Shown here piece after piece: positions 51,763 through 62,987 of a DNA stretch of 64,000 nucleotides. The notes below the pieces were generated by a model. The model worked only from the letters and a program-made list of their open reading frames with translations, made no database searches and had not been told where the DNA came from. The position numbers and the translations under genes were made by a program. The DNA comes from Pelagomonas calceolata (taxonomy: Eukaryota), in assembly GCA_918797485.1 (NCBI GenBank), contig CAKKNE010000005.1:4402001-4466000 (forward strand), written 5' to 3'. Every line of letters begins with the position of its first letter. Positions within the stretch are counted from its first letter, which is position 1.

Positions 51763-53544
51763 ATGCCGGCCCGCCGCGACGAGGATCGAAGTCCAGCGAC
51801 GACGCCGCGCAACTCCGTCGAGACGCCGCCGCCGCCGCGCTCCCGAGCTCTCTCAATGCCGGCGACGCCGCGGTCCGCGTCCGCGCCGGCCATCCCTCCG
51901 GCGACGCCAACCGGGAAAGTGAAAAAGGCAAGGCAGAAGCTCCGCAACCTCGTAAGAAAGCACCTCGATCGAATAAGAGCGAAGACGTCCGGGCGGTCGC
52001 CCCGTAACTCACGCGATTCGGACAGTGACGAAGACCTCCCCAAAGTGCGGAAGTACGAAAGATTGGAGCGAGCGGTGCGGAAGCAGCTCGCCAAGGGCCG
52101 GGCGGCGCGGCGGAAGCTGTATGAGTTGAGACACACCATAGAACGAAGAAAAAATCGGAAACGCGCGCGGGCGGCGGAAAAAGCTGCAGCAAGGGCGTCA
52201 TTGTTAGCCGGCTACGCGTCGGAAGGAGATCGGTTATCTCCACCGGGCACGCCGCCCTTCAAGGCGCGGCAGCGCGAGTTCGCGACGGCGTCGCCGCTGC
52301 ACCGACGGAGCGGCTCCGTGTCTTCTGTGGATGTTTCGTCGGACGACTCGTCCGACGACGAAGTAATGGACCCTTTACAACAAGCGCTACAAGGTGTTGA
52401 TAGAGCGGCGATGGCGTCTCATTTATCATTGGTGACGTTAGGGCTGGTGGGCTACGATCTCATACAGAGCGAGGACTATTCTTTCAGAAGACTCGCGACG
52501 CTCGCTATTGCAATAGCGTGCTGGCTCTGCCACGCCGGCGAGGTGAAGAAGGCGGCGCTCAAGGCGGCGACGGCTGTATTAGATGTGCCGGAGACGCCCC
52601 TACCTACAAGGCGAGAGCCGCCCCGGCGCATGCGCACGATGCTCGAGGACGTCCCGCGGTGGACCGTGCCGCGGGAAGAAACGGAGCCGACGCCGAACAC
52701 GTGGCGCCACAGTCCGGCAGATACGTTTCAATTAAGAGGAGGATCGTATCTGCGCGATCGGGTGAAAATAAAATCTAGCAAGGCGACGTACGAGGTCGTG
52801 GACGTGCGAGTTCTGAGAAGCCCGGAGGGCGCCATGCCCGACTTGTTGACGCATCATCCGTCGTTACGAGGCGGTGAGACGAGAATGTTGAATGGCCTGC
52901 CCGAAACGCTGGCGCTGAACATCGCCGCGCCGTGCGAGGCGCCGTCGATCAGCGGCTGGCGGCCGGCGTCGCCGTGCTGGATTTTGTTGTTGGTCCTGAA
53001 AATAGCCGACCATGCTAGAGTAATAGCGACGGACGAGCCCGACGTGAGCAAATGGCCTCCCGGATTAAGGCTGTGTCGGAGGTGGCTGCGCGACGCGCCA
53101 AACGACCCATACTTGTGTGCTCGGCTGAAGGGCGTGTTCCAGGTCCGCGCGTTGGACGGCGAGCAGCTGCCCCGCGTCTTCGCGAAGTGGTCGGGCAAGC
53201 CGGTCCTCATGGCGGCGGCCGGCGCTCTCTCGAGAAGACATGGTTTGGCGAAGTTCTCGGGCGGAAGTGGTTACGTCGAGGTCCATTTGGACATCGGCGA
53301 GTCCTTCAGCTACATGGGCCGGGGAGCGGTCTACCTCATGATGTCCAAACTCTCGACGCTCGACGCGGACGTCTGCTTCACGCTTGAAGGTAGGGCGGAC
53401 GACGAATTACCGGAGGTCGTCTTCGGCGCGGCGTCGTTCACGGCGCTGGACCTCGAGAAGAAGTTCAAGCAACTACGCCAGCGCGCTCTAGACTCGCTCC
53501 CCTCCGGCGAATTTGCGGGCCTTTTCGATGATGATATAAGTTGA
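51763..53544 (+). CDS. EDR2 C-terminal (DUF1336) domain protein
   Basis: W......FQLRG.SYL.D.VK..S, RLKG, YVEVHLDI and FTLEGRADDELPEVVFG. Confidence 0.85.
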   Translation: MPARRDEDRSPATTPRNSVETPPPPRSRALSMPATPRSASAPAIPPATPTGKVKKARQKLRNLVRKHLDRIRAKTSGRSPRNSRDSDSDEDLPKVRKYERLERAVRKQLAKGRAARRKLYELRHTIERRKNRKRARAAEKAAARASLLAGYASEGDRLSPPGTPPFKARQREFATASPLHRRSGSVSSVDVSSDDSSDDEVMDPLQQALQGVDRAAMASHLSLVTLGLVGYDLIQSEDYSFRRLATLAIAIACWLCHAGEVKKAALKAATAVLDVPETPLPTRREPPRRMRTMLEDVPRWTVPREETEPTPNTWRHSPADTFQLRGGSYLRDRVKIKSSKATYEVVDVRVLRSPEGAMPDLLTHHPSLRGGETRMLNGLPETLALNIAAPCEAPSISGWRPASPCWILLLVLKIADHARVIATDEPDVSKWPPGLRLCRRWLRDAPNDPYLCARLKGVFQVRALDGEQLPRVFAKWSGKPVLMAAAGALSRRHGLAKFSGGSGYVEVHLDIGESFSYMGRGAVYLMMSKLSTLDADVCFTLEGRADDELPEVVFGAASFTALDLEKKFKQLRQRALDSLPSGEFAGLFDDDIS

Positions 53545-53788
53545 GTTCTCCATCGCTTACGCCTTTTCTCCTGGCCAAATGCGCCGCTCAAGCAATTACG
53601 GGGGCGGGCGGCGACGGTCGGGCAGGAGTACCTTCTTGTAATTTCCCTGTTATTCTTGCCCGTGGTAAGGCTTAGTGGTAAGTTATCATAGCTTGGAAAA
53701 CCCGTTTTGACAGAGCAACAACTTGGACGCTCCGCGCGACTCGCGGGCGAATTAACAGGCTCTACCGCGCATATCAATATAGATAATT

Positions 53789-54220
53789 ATGAGTTCTCAA
53801 TCACTTACGCCGTTTCTCCTGACCAAATGCGCCGCCTGTGCGGCTCCCCTTCAGACTGGCATCAAGCGGTGCTCGCGATGCAAGACGCGCTATTGCTCCG
53901 CGGCGTGCCAGCGCGAGCATTGGCGCCGCGGAGGCCACAAGGCGACCTGCGCGAAGATTGCCTCTCGCGGTGGCGCAGAATCATATCACGCGACTGAGGA
54001 GGCTAAGGAGGCCTTGGATGTTGCGGTGCAAGCGTGTAGATATGACCCCAAGAGAGAGTACTTGGACCCCATAGAGGGCGCGACGTGCCGCATCTGCGGG
54101 AAGGAAAAAGCCGAGGAATCCGACGAGGGTCTCGTGCGCGGGTGCTCGTGTCATATGGCGCTACGCGCAAGCTATTTATCGTCACCATTTCTTTGGCCAT
54201 GTTCATGGCGCTCGATTTGA
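53789..54220 (+). pseudogene. N-terminal fragment of a MYND zinc finger plus RING-CH family protein
   Basis: CAACAAP...CSRCKTRYCSAACQREHWRRGGHKATC, then ATCRICG...EGLVRGCSC, which breaks off mid-RING. Confidence 0.75.
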
Positions 54221-54480
54221 TGGCGCTGGAATTGAGAGAGTAGTTGGCTTCCGAGCTGAGCTACTTCATTCCATCTATCTTCACGTAACTATCCTGGATC
54301 GCTCGCGGTTTGTCCTCGGAAGGCATCACCCGTTACTGGTAAAAGTCCGCGCGTCCATCAAACTGTGCTTCGCGGAACAGCTCGACTGGACGTTGGACGA
54401 CTTCCCTGAAGACCTTCGCGAAATTGCCGATAGGTATCTCTAGGTAAGGCTGAATTTTTTTCATGTCAAAGGTTAGGCTA

Positions 54481-55386
54481 CTAGATCGTCGGGAACCCGT
54501 CGACAACCCCTCCGCCGCCGCCGCCATCGCCACCCCCGCCGAACAAGACGTTCTGGGCGACGATCGTGACGAGCGCGAGCCCCACGCCGACGCCGAAGAG
54601 ACCGAGCCCTTCTCCAGCCTCGAGCTCGTCCTCGCGCTCCCGGAACGACTGCGGCGCGGCCGCCCGCGTCTCGATGTCCGCGACCTCGGTCTCGAGGCTC
54701 GCGAGCAGCGCCGCCGTGAGCCACCTTTCCGCGGCGTCCGCGCCGGCCGTCTCCTGGAGCTTGTTCAGCTCGAGCAGCTGGCCGCCGTCCGCTTTATTCC
54801 TCGTATTCGCGGCGGCCTTGAGGACCGGCGACAGCGCCGTCGCGACCGCCCGCGACAGCGCGGGCGAGGCGTCCGCGGATTCCACCTCGCCCTTGACGAT
54901 GGATTGCTGAAATTCCCGCTGCTGCTCGCTCTGGACGACGGCGGCGTCCCAGGCGCCCTCGTCCTGGAGCCGGTCGCGCTCTTCAATAACCTTGGTCCAT
55001 CGCGGCAGAAGTTCGCTCGGCGTGGCGTTGCGGAAGCGTCGCCGGATCTGGAGCTCGTCCGCGTCGTACAATTCGAGCGCGCGCGCCACGTCGACGAGCT
55101 TTTCCTGCGCCGCGGCGCGCGACCGCTTGCCGCTCGGTAAAACGCCGTCGCACTCGCCGGCCTGCCAGGCGGCGCGCACGTCGAGGATTTCTAGGGTACG
55201 TTTCCATTTGGCGCCGTGCGCCTGCCAGTATTCTTCCAGTTCGTCCAGTGGATCAAGAGCGCGCGTCTTGGCGCGCAGCCGCGTCGTCCCGGCCGCGTGT
55301 CGCGGCGGTCGATGGAAACCGTTTGGTCGTTGAAAGCCGTCGGCAGGCGCAGCGATGCCCACCAGAATTGAGGCGACGAGGAGCAT
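54481..55386 (-). CDS. Hypothetical plastid-targeted protein with C-terminal TM
   Basis: Signal peptide ending ADGF, Arg-rich transit region. Confidence 0.65.
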   Translation of the reverse strand: MLLVASILVGIAAPADGFQRPNGFHRPPRHAAGTTRLRAKTRALDPLDELEEYWQAHGAKWKRTLEILDVRAAWQAGECDGVLPSGKRSRAAAQEKLVDVARALELYDADELQIRRRFRNATPSELLPRWTKVIEERDRLQDEGAWDAAVVQSEQQREFQQSIVKGEVESADASPALSRAVATALSPVLKAAANTRNKADGGQLLELNKLQETAGADAAERWLTAALLASLETEVADIETRAAAPQSFREREDELEAGEGLGLFGVGVGLALVTIVAQNVLFGGGGDGGGGGGVVDGFPTI

Positions 55387-55567
55387 TTATGCGATTGCGC
55401 TGGCAGTGAGAGCTTTTGATGCTCTCTCAATGGTAGGGTTTACGCACGTTGTGTGGCCTGCCGCTCGGGCCCAGCTTTTGTACGCCAAGAAACCGTCCAC
55501 GCGCACGTGTCTGGCCCAGAATTAGTCGCCAGCACCGCGAGCTGGCAGCGTTTGCACCGATCATCGA

Positions 55568-55593
55568 GCTAGCGCGACTTGTAACACACTAGC
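55568..55593 (-). promoter_or_regulatory. CTAG-bracketed upstream element (variant)
   Basis: gctagcgcgacttgtaacacactagc. Confidence 0.6.
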
Positions 55594-55655
55594 AACAAGT
55601 CGAAACGCACGCGAAAACGCCAGTCGACGCGAGAAAGAAGATAGACAAGCTCGCC

Positions 55656-56345
55656 TTACGCCACCGCGCAATAACTACCTTCCTCCGCGTCCGGCGCGAA
55701 GACGTCCGCGGGCCGGAACCGCGCGTTCTCGCCCACTTTATGGTCGATGTTGTACTCGTCATCCAAGATCTTCTCCGCGAGACAGCGGGCGCACGTGTCC
55801 ACATTAAAACCCGTTTTGGCACTGACGTCGAACCATCCGTAAAAGCCGTGGTCCGCGCAGAAGCGGTCTAATTCTGCGGTATCTGCCGAGGCCGTCTCCA
55901 AGTCGCACTTGGCGCCCACCAACAACACGGGTGGCGCCTCGCCCGTCGGCAGGATCATCCTTTCGTCGATGTCGCGCTTCCAATCTAGTACTGTGTCGAA
56001 GGTCGTCGGTCTTGTAATATCATAAACTAACAAAGCTCCGAAGGCGTCCTGGTAGTAGACGTCGGGCACTTCGCCTCGTCGCGCGTGTTCTCCGGACGCG
56101 TCCCAGACCTGGAGTCTTGCTGTCCGGCCATCGACTTCGAACTCTTTTAACGCGAAGTCGACGCCCTTGCTCGGCTTGTAGCCCTTCTTGAAGCAATCGG
56201 ATGGTACCGATTGCTTGCCGGCCTCTCCTAGTAAACCCTGGCCTCGTACCAATCGTCTTACGTACGCCGTCTTGCCTACTGCTGGATCTCCGAGCACGAG
56301 GACTTTGAGGGGGAGGGCCACTTCGGCGGCGTCGTCGTCGTCCAT
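55656..56345 (-). CDS. Rab32/38-like small GTPase with divergent G motifs
   Basis: GDPAVGKT, GVDFALK, VYYQDAFGA, WKRDID...LPTG..PVLL, GWFDVSAK and a C-terminal Cys. Confidence 0.85.
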   Translation of the reverse strand: MDDDDAAEVALPLKVLVLGDPAVGKTAYVRRLVRGQGLLGEAGKQSVPSDCFKKGYKPSKGVDFALKEFEVDGRTARLQVWDASGEHARRGEVPDVYYQDAFGALLVYDITRPTTFDTVLDWKRDIDERMILPTGEAPPVLLVGAKCDLETASADTAELDRFCADHGFYGWFDVSAKTGFNVDTCARCLAEKILDDEYNIDHKVGENARFRPADVFAPDAEEGSYCAVA

Positions 56346-56667
56346 CGCTTTCACCTTTTGCTTGGCTGCCGACGCTTTGCTTTTTAGTGGCTGCCTGCCA
56401 GTGTGTGAGGGCAGAGGTTGTACGCGTCGACAGCGCTGGCTTTGCTTTGTCCACTGGTTGCTCGGCTGGAGCCGATGTCTTTGAGCGTCCTTATGGCAAT
56501 GCGCACGATCTATGTGCTCAGCCCAGCGCGCTGCCAAAGCCGAGGAAAGCACAAAGTGCCGGGTTTTTGCGAGATTTGGGTTTTCGAGCTAGAGTCTCTT
56601 TCACGCGTCTTTCCCAGTGTCGATTGGCCCAGAGGAGCCCCCGAGGCCGCTCTTGCCTTTTTTGCCT

Positions 56668-56689
56668 GCTAGCGGCGGTAAGACACTAG
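56668..56689 (-). promoter_or_regulatory. CTAG-bracketed upstream element
   Basis: gctagcggcggtaagacactag between the divergent Rab and PGM genes. Confidence 0.7.
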
Positions 56690-56896
56690 GACAGAATACA
56701 CGCCTGCAAAAAAAGTCGGCTGAACCGCCGTTGCGCTGTTCACCGACGAGCGAGGTTAAGTAACACATTTCAGAGGGTTCAGCACCGTCATTGTACCTCA
56801 ACTGCAGCGCCGCGGAGCCTACGGAGCCGTCGCTAGCGCTGTCCGAGTCGAAGTGTTCTTGGTGAGGGGACACGTAAGAAACGCAAAACGAGCACA

Positions 56897-58096
56897 ATGG
56901 CGGCCTACACAACGACCCAGTCCAGTCCAGGCCTCCTCGACACCCTGCGCAACACCTGGGGCTCCCGCGGCAACGCCAAGCCGGCGCTCGGCCTCGACCT
57001 CGAGCGGTCCTTTGAAGAACTCCAGACGCAGCGACCGAAGAAGGGTTTTCTGAGAAGCGTCGTGGCGAGCTTCTGCCTCGCGCCGGCCGTGCACGGCGAG
57101 CGCACTAACCCGAAACTGACCGATGGCCTCACCGACGACGAGGAAGATGCAGATTCAGAAGCGACCACCGAAGTCGCTCCTCCTCTCTCATTACGCTACA
57201 CCGGCTTAGGACAGCCCTGGAACATGAAAAGAGAGGAAGCATTCCGGGCGAGGTTAGACAAGTGCCGCCGGTCGGGCGCGGTGCTCGTGCTGCTGCGGCA
57301 TGGTGAGTCCGACTGGAACGCCAAGGACCAGTTTACGGGCTGGGCGGATGTTGGGATGACGGACGAAGGCCGGAAGCAGGCCGTCAACGCCGGGCACCGG
57401 CTGGCGGCGTCCGGTGTGCGTCGATTCGACGACTTGCACTCGTCCGCGTTGAAGCGGACGGTCGACACGCTGTCCGTCGTGTTGGAGGCGTTGTCTGGTG
57501 CCTCGTTGCCCAAGGGGCCTAGAGGTACGGTATCGAGGAGCGAGATGCCTCGGGGCACGCGCGACCAATCCACCCATTGTAGAGCGTGGCAGCTCAACGA
57601 GCGCCACTACGGCGCGCTGACGGGCGTGAATAAAAATGATGCCAGAGAGCAATACGGCGAGGCCCAGGTCAAGGCCTGGCGGCGGAGCTGGGCCTGCTCG
57701 CCGCCGCCCATGAGTGACGACCACCCGTGCTACGCGGCTTTGCAGAGCGCGTACCGCGACGCCGGCGGCGACCCGGACGAGCTGCCGCGCTCCGAGTCCC
57801 TCTCCGCTTGTGAGAAGCGAACCACAGCCTACTACGAGAACGTGATACGACCGCAGTTAGAAAGGGGGCGGAGCGTGCTGGTCGCGGCGCACAACAACGT
57901 CATCCGCACGCTCATGCATCATCTCGATCGGCGCGGCTTCGGCGAGGTCGATCAGGGATTGGTCGCGGAGCTGTCCGCGTTGGACATCCCCTACGCGACG
58001 CCGCTCGTCTACACGTTCTCGCGCGACGGTGGGCGTTTGGCGCCCTTCGCCGATAACGCCGGTCACGGCGCGATCCGCGGCACGTTCCTCACGTGA
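56897..58096 (+). CDS. Cofactor-dependent phosphoglycerate mutase (dPGM-like)
   Basis: LLRHGESDWN...FTGWAD, LNERHYGALTG, WRRSW...PP and AAHNNVIR. Confidence 0.9.
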   Translation: MAAYTTTQSSPGLLDTLRNTWGSRGNAKPALGLDLERSFEELQTQRPKKGFLRSVVASFCLAPAVHGERTNPKLTDGLTDDEEDADSEATTEVAPPLSLRYTGLGQPWNMKREEAFRARLDKCRRSGAVLVLLRHGESDWNAKDQFTGWADVGMTDEGRKQAVNAGHRLAASGVRRFDDLHSSALKRTVDTLSVVLEALSGASLPKGPRGTVSRSEMPRGTRDQSTHCRAWQLNERHYGALTGVNKNDAREQYGEAQVKAWRRSWACSPPPMSDDHPCYAALQSAYRDAGGDPDELPRSESLSACEKRTTAYYENVIRPQLERGRSVLVAAHNNVIRTLMHHLDRRGFGEVDQGLVAELSALDIPYATPLVYTFSRDGGRLAPFADNAGHGAIRGTFLT

Positions 58097-58487
58097 TTCC
58101 CATGTCCACTACCGTTGTTGTGGTGTCCCCAAGAAGACTAAGAACCCTGTCCCCTACTTTCGCGTCGACGGCGTTTGGGGTGAAAACTAGTTTTAGGGCC
58201 GGCGATTCTGCTGATCGTCGTACTGGCCCTGGACGGCGTGTCGCTCCGAGAGGGGCGCAGTGAAGCGGACCGCGGGCTCACGGCGGCGCCGCCTTTTCGG
58301 CGCCGGCTCGACGGCGACGCGAGACAGCCCGGACGCCAGGACGTCCTCGTCGCGCCACGCGCCGTCGTTCGCGTTTACGTCATCGAAGACGAGGCGATGG
58401 ACGCAGCCGTCGCGGCGCGGCCGTCGTGTGCCCGGCGGCGCCGGAGTATCGGGGCGCGTCGCGGAGACGGCGGTCGGCGACGCCGCC

Positions 58488-58805
58488 TACGCGGGGACCC
58501 TTGGCGATCTACGGCGCTTCGAAGAAGCCAAGTCGCTGATGCTCCAAAGTATACCCGTGGCGCGGCGTGTATTCGGCGATAATGATGAGACCACGCTCAA
58601 GATGAGGACGATTTACGCGGAGGCGCTCTACAGGGACGACGTTGCCACGCTCGACGATCTCCGCGAGGCCGTGAGGACGCTCGAGGACACGGCGCGGATC
58701 GCACGGCGCGTGCTCGGAGGCGCGCACCCGGTCACAATGGGGATTGAGAGCGAACTGCAAAAGTCTCGAGCGGCGCTCGGGGGGAGTTCTAAGGGAAGCA
58801 ACTAA
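58488..58805 (+). pseudogene. C-terminal helical (TPR-like) fragment of the MYND/RING-associated expanded family
   Basis: RFEEAKSL....PVARRVFG...TLKMR..YA.ALY....ATLDDLREAV.TLE...RIARRVLGGAHP; no convincing upstream coding part. Confidence 0.7.
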
Positions 58806-58807
58806 TC

Positions 58808-61800
58808 TTAGAACTGAGAGAACGTCGCCGTCGTCGCCGCCGCGTCGACGGGCGGGTGCGACTCCTTGACCTGGGGCGACATGGCCGGCGAGGACGGCGC
58901 GGAGAACTCCAGGGGCGGCGCCGCGCCCGTGAGCAGCACGGCGCCGCAGGCCGCCTCCCACTGCGAGGCGGACGGCGCCTCGTCGGGGCGCGCCGTGGCG
59001 ACCACGGTAGCGTCCGCGAGGCACCAGGCCCAGTGGGGCCCGAGCGCGGGCCCGCTCTCCCTAAATTCTATCGAAGCCCCAGACGCCGCGCAGTACCGCG
59101 GCCTTCCGTTTAATGAGCCGCGCTGGTGGTAGAGGCCTCCTAACCTCGAATCGCCGCCGGGGCCCGCCACGCAGGCCGGTTGTGGTGGCGGTGTCAAAGC
59201 GGCAACAACGTCCTCGAATCCCTTGTCCTCGTCCCAGGCGTTGCCGTGCGTCTTCAGGTCGTTCAGGTAGACGTTGATCGGTACCACGGACGCGATGGTG
59301 GGCTCGGCCCCCTTCAACGCGTTCTTCGAGAGGTCTATGGACGATAGGGAAGGACCTCTAAATAATGCAGCATCAACGTACCCGGTCAGCGCGTTGCTCG
59401 ACAAATCAAGTCGTTTGAGCTTCGGGAACCGCGACCCGTCCCCAAAATAACTTGGTAATTCACCCTCGAGCTGGCACTGTCTTAATGTAAGGGCTTGCAA
59501 GGCCGGGAAGACCCGTTCCAGGTCCTTGGGGAGCTTGCCAAACCCTCGGCACGACGAGCAGACCAGCGATTGCATACTATTCGCGAACTGGAGCAAGTCG
59601 AAGGGGCCGCGCGCGCCGCGCAAGCGCACCGCCCGCAGCCGCTTTAATGATGAAAGGTCGGGGATCGGCCCCAGGTCCTTGCCGCCCACCGATAGCTCTT
59701 CCAGACACTGTGACAATGACACTAGTGATTCAGGCGTCAAGACAACCTCCAAAAACCCGTTCAGGCCGTCGATGCGCAAAGCACGTAACCGGACGAACGG
59801 CGAACATAACGACCTTCTAAGCTCATCTCTAGCGGGAAATGGCGTCGAGGCGTCCGCTTTCAGACTTAGTGAAGTGAGCTGCCCCGTCGACACCCGCTCG
59901 GCTAAACAAAGGGGTCTCGCTTCGTCGGCCGGGCAGCGCGCCGCCGCTCGAGATGCCCAGCCCGCGGCGCTCGACACGTGATTGCTGTTGTCGGCGAAGT
60001 GGATCATGCGAGACGCCTCGTAGCACGCGTGGCCCGACGATTCCTTGAGGTCTACCATCGAAGCGAGGTTGATTTGTACTTCCGCGATGCAACCATCATT
60101 TATTTCAACATTGCAGAGCACGTCGCGATAGCCGTCTCCAGCAATGTGAGCAGGATCAAACCGATTCTTCACCCTCGATACCTTAAATCGGTGAGACTGG
60201 GCCAAGGCTCGCACGCACTTCTCGACGACGTCAAGCGAGTCGCACTGTAACGTACCCCTTATTAAATCGGTCAAGCCATCATATCTGCCGCCGTACTTCT
60301 CGTGGACCTTGGCGAAGGCCCGGCCTAGCGACTTGACCGGTGCTAGCAACACGGTGGCGCCGCTCTCGGCGCCGATGCGCTTCAATTCGGCGTCAAAATC
60401 TGGTTTATGATCAGTAGCATCCTTCAGCAACCCCAAGGCGAATCGGACGTCATAAGCATCCACGGTCTGCTGCGAGGTTCTGGAGGTAGCGAAGCCGAAG
60501 CGCAGGGCGTTTGTGGAGAGCCGTTGCCTTAACTTTTTATCTGAGGTTGAGAGTTTAGTACAGATGGACCGCAAACTCACGAGTGTTTCCACCTCAGTAT
60601 TTTTGAGGGATCTAAATAAGGCGTCGTAGCGCTTCGACGTTTCCGTCAAATCAGGTGCTATATCAGAACACGTCGCGACGAAGACCTGGTCGGCGAGGCG
60701 TCGTAGGGCGGCGTCGCGCGACGCCTTCACGACATCTCGCTGATTCTCAAGCTGTTTTTTGGTGGCGCCGTCGCAGGACCCATCCTGTAACTGCGCGTCG
60801 AGGCGCAAGACGGACAGCGATTCTAGAGCCACGGCTCTTTGCAACGCGTCGACCTCCATCAGCCTTAGGGATAGGGGCGCGGGGTATTCTTTACGTTTGT
60901 CCTCGTAGTCTAGTTGTTGTAGAGTCCAGTTCGCATCGGTGTCGCCGTCGCTATTGACCCACTCGGTTTGAGGTGGGACGAGGGCGTCGGTCGTCGACGC
61001 GCATAATACATTGCCATCTACACTAGACCAGGTCCACCGTTCATTCGCGTAGGCTAAAGTGCCTGAAGAGCCAGCATAGACGGCTCTCCCTTCGCGCGTG
61101 GCGCCCGTCGGTTCGAAGCGAGCACCGTCCGGAGCGACGAACGCGACAGGTTCATCTTCCTTTCGCGACTCCTCTACTAGTCTGAGGTAGTCCGAGGCCG
61201 ACGTCCGGAAAGCGGCCGCGCGCGACGCGTCGTCATTCGCAAGCAGCTCGGACGTGATCCTCAGTGCATCCTCGTCAGAAGCTGATGCGAGCTCCGATCT
61301 TAAAGTGCGCCCCCAGCGCTGTTCATCCGATAGTTCGGATGGCGCCAGCGTCGACGTCAACGCCTTCTCGCGCGCGTCGAGCTCCTGCTCCCTTCTCAAA
61401 TTCCGCGCCTCGACGGCCGAAGCCTTGTCCAACACGGCTCGCAGCCGAGCTCGCGTCTCGTCGATCTCGTTCTGGACCTTCTGGCGGCCGAAGCGCTCGA
61501 GCGAGTCGCCCTTTTGCTTGTACCTGCGTTGCGTCGGACCGTGTGAGTACTCTGCTCGACGGCGTGGGGCTGGGGCTGCTCTGTGGTAGTGTGGTGTCCC
61601 TGCTCGATGGCGTGGAGGTTCACAAGTACCACCAGGACGCAAACAATCGCTCTCCACGCCATCGACGCGACTCATTCTCCGCAAGGACACGGGACACGCA
61701 CCACTCGCGCCACTTCAAGTTTTCGTTCCGCAGCTTGTCGATGACGTCCGCGGCCTTCTCGTGCTGCTGCTTGTGGTAGCTTGCCGCTCCCTTGAGCTGC

Positions 61801-62987
61801 GCGTGCAACGCCATGAGTTCGAGCCGCGCGTCGTTTCTTTCCCTTTCTAGTTTCTGTCGCACCAACCGCTCGGTCGTCGCGTTCTCGGGCGCCTGGCGGT
61901 TCATGCGTCGGACCCGGTCTCTCTCGATCTGCTCCTCGCGCTTCCGGCGCTCCTCGCAAATTTCGTCGTACGCTTTCTTCACTTTATTGAATCTCGCCCG
62001 CGCGACGTCCCGCTCGGCCTTGACGTGTTCGAGGTCGCGATCTAACCTTGCGGTAGCTCGCTCGGGCACGGCGTCGTCCTCGCCGCGCGCCGTTAAGGCC
62101 TCCGCGACGGCGCCGCGAACGGCCGCCACCACCACATCGTCGTTCTGCGCCGTTCTAGCGGCCTTCTCGGCATCTTCATGCGTCCAGGCATCTCTAAATC
62201 TCGCTTCAATCGCGTCGGCGGCGGTGTGCGCTCTAGCTGCGACGCGGCGCCAGGCGTCGACCTCGCGCGACGCGTTGACTTCTGGAGCCGTTCTCGGTCT
62301 TATGGGTGACGCGGACCTTCTACGCCTTCCACGCGACGACGACGGCGAGCGCGGAGAACGAGCGCCGCCCGGTCCCAGTCTCGCTCTTCTACGAGCCCTT
62401 TTCCTCCCACTGGTATTCCTTCTCGCGTTATACTTCTCGATGACCACCACCACGCCCTCGGCGTGCAGTCTCCTCTCGCGAGCTTCCTCGGAGGCCCCCG
62501 GGCCGTGGTGCCTTCTCTGACCCGATCGCGCTGCGGCCTTCCTCGCCAACCCCAGGACTTGCTCGCCACGAGCATTGACCGCCCCGACATCCGCACCACC
62601 CCTAAGACAGGCTTCGACCGTGTCCTTGTGGGCATCATTTCTAACCAACAGATGTAACAGTGTATCTCCTTCGACGACCATGCACTGGTCTCCAAAAACG
62701 GCCCCGCCGAACCTTCTCACATCCCCACAGAGCCGCGCGATGGTGCCCGCCGTGTCCTCCGGCTTGCCGCCCCGCATCTTCTTGTCGGCCATCTGCTGCG
62801 CACACAGGTAGCGGTTGCAGTTGACCATCGACGCGCGCGCGTCCTCGTGGAACGCGTCCGCGGACAATTCTACCGTGCGCACGGCGGCGTCCTCGAAGGG
62901 CGTGCCCGTGGACCGCATCTTCCGCTTCGTCGGCGTCGGCGTGAAGGCCGTTTTTTGCTTGCCCGGTTCTACGACTAGGACGGGCAT
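58808..62987 (-). CDS. Ankyrin / coiled-coil / RelA-SpoT synthetase-like / LRR multidomain protein; intron 61701-61524
   Basis: A GTGCGT...CGCAG intron joins ORFs 61620..63128 and 58808..61690 in frame (W|YKQKG). ANK GDTLLHLLV; synthetase-like VKSLGRAFAK, TDLIRG, GYRDV, EVQI, GHACYE; LRRs LxxLDLSSNALTG. Confidence 0.82.
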
